Assembly: GCA_964036045.1 (NCBI GenBank)
Contig: OZ038378.1
Location: forward strand, 22,940,001-23,004,000
Length of the DNA stretch: 64,000 nt
Reading direction: 5' to 3'
Source: Eutreptiella sp. 'Long Island Sound 2002'
Taxonomy: Eukaryota > Protista > Euglenida
Made by a program: the position numbers and the translations under genes
Part shown: positions 63,569-64,000 of the stretch, piece after piece
How the letters are laid out: each line of letters opens with the position of its first letter
Position numbering within the stretch: the stretch's first letter is position 1
The notes under the pieces: model-generated
The model's database searches: none
What the model saw: the letters and a program-made list of their open reading frames with translations, nothing else
Told to the model about the DNA's origin: nothing

Positions 63569-64000
63569 TACACATGTGGGCAAGGGGAATGAAAAAAATT
63601 TAGACGCCCCTGGCGCCACCATACCCCCCCCCCCCTTGGCTAAAGTACGCCAATGTACAGAATGATTACGGTCCGTACGCCCACTGTAGCTTGGGCAAGG
63701 GCGCAGCTTGCGCTCAACACATACAACTACCGACGCGAAATCTTAGTGCACCAGCAGGGGCCACATGTGCTGAAATTGGCAATAGAGGACCTATGGGATG
63801 CATCGGAAATACCTTTGTGTAAATGGAAGGAGGTGGTCTTCACTTGCACTACGGTAGGAACTCACGCTCCGTGCAGAAATCCTGCGCCTCAGGCGGAACG
63901 CGGCCCACCATTCCTCCAACTGAGTGGCTGTGAGTGCACGGATTGTAGCACTCACCTCCTTGGCCCTCTTGATCATGATCTTCTTCGTGACTAGAATTTG

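Overview
Eukaryotic, intron-rich, repeat-dense genomic DNA with long G/C homopolymer runs. A euglenid or other euglenozoan origin is inferred from the lysine-pathway gene and the retroelement type. There are two spliced host genes on the minus strand. (1) A complete 8-exon homoaconitase (LYS4/lysF type, about 685 aa, 801-17961) with all-canonical GT-AG introns. (2) A multi-exon GT-A-like putative glycosyltransferase. Its well-supported exons lie at 20.6-24.6 kb, and a second, diverged copy of the same domain lies at 52.8-55 kb. The two parts can be joined in phase across a roughly 25 kb intron. That interval (24.7-49.1 kb) is a nest of mobile DNA: two copies of a (TGTGG)n(TGTTG)n-tailed element; a LINE 5' half (structured leader, 94-bp monomer array, RRM-containing ORF1, start of an APE domain); a second copy of the same leader; hairpin-forming 41-bp and 47-bp satellites; and a decayed tyrosine-recombinase retrotransposon with gag-YR-RT-RNaseH order (VIPER/TATE-like). 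Several TA-flanked MITEs are also present. The most notable unexplained signal is a roughly 500-nt leader, found twice, whose stems show compensatory base changes. It is a candidate new retroelement-associated structured RNA, possibly a ribozyme. All calls were made by eye, and no searches were run.
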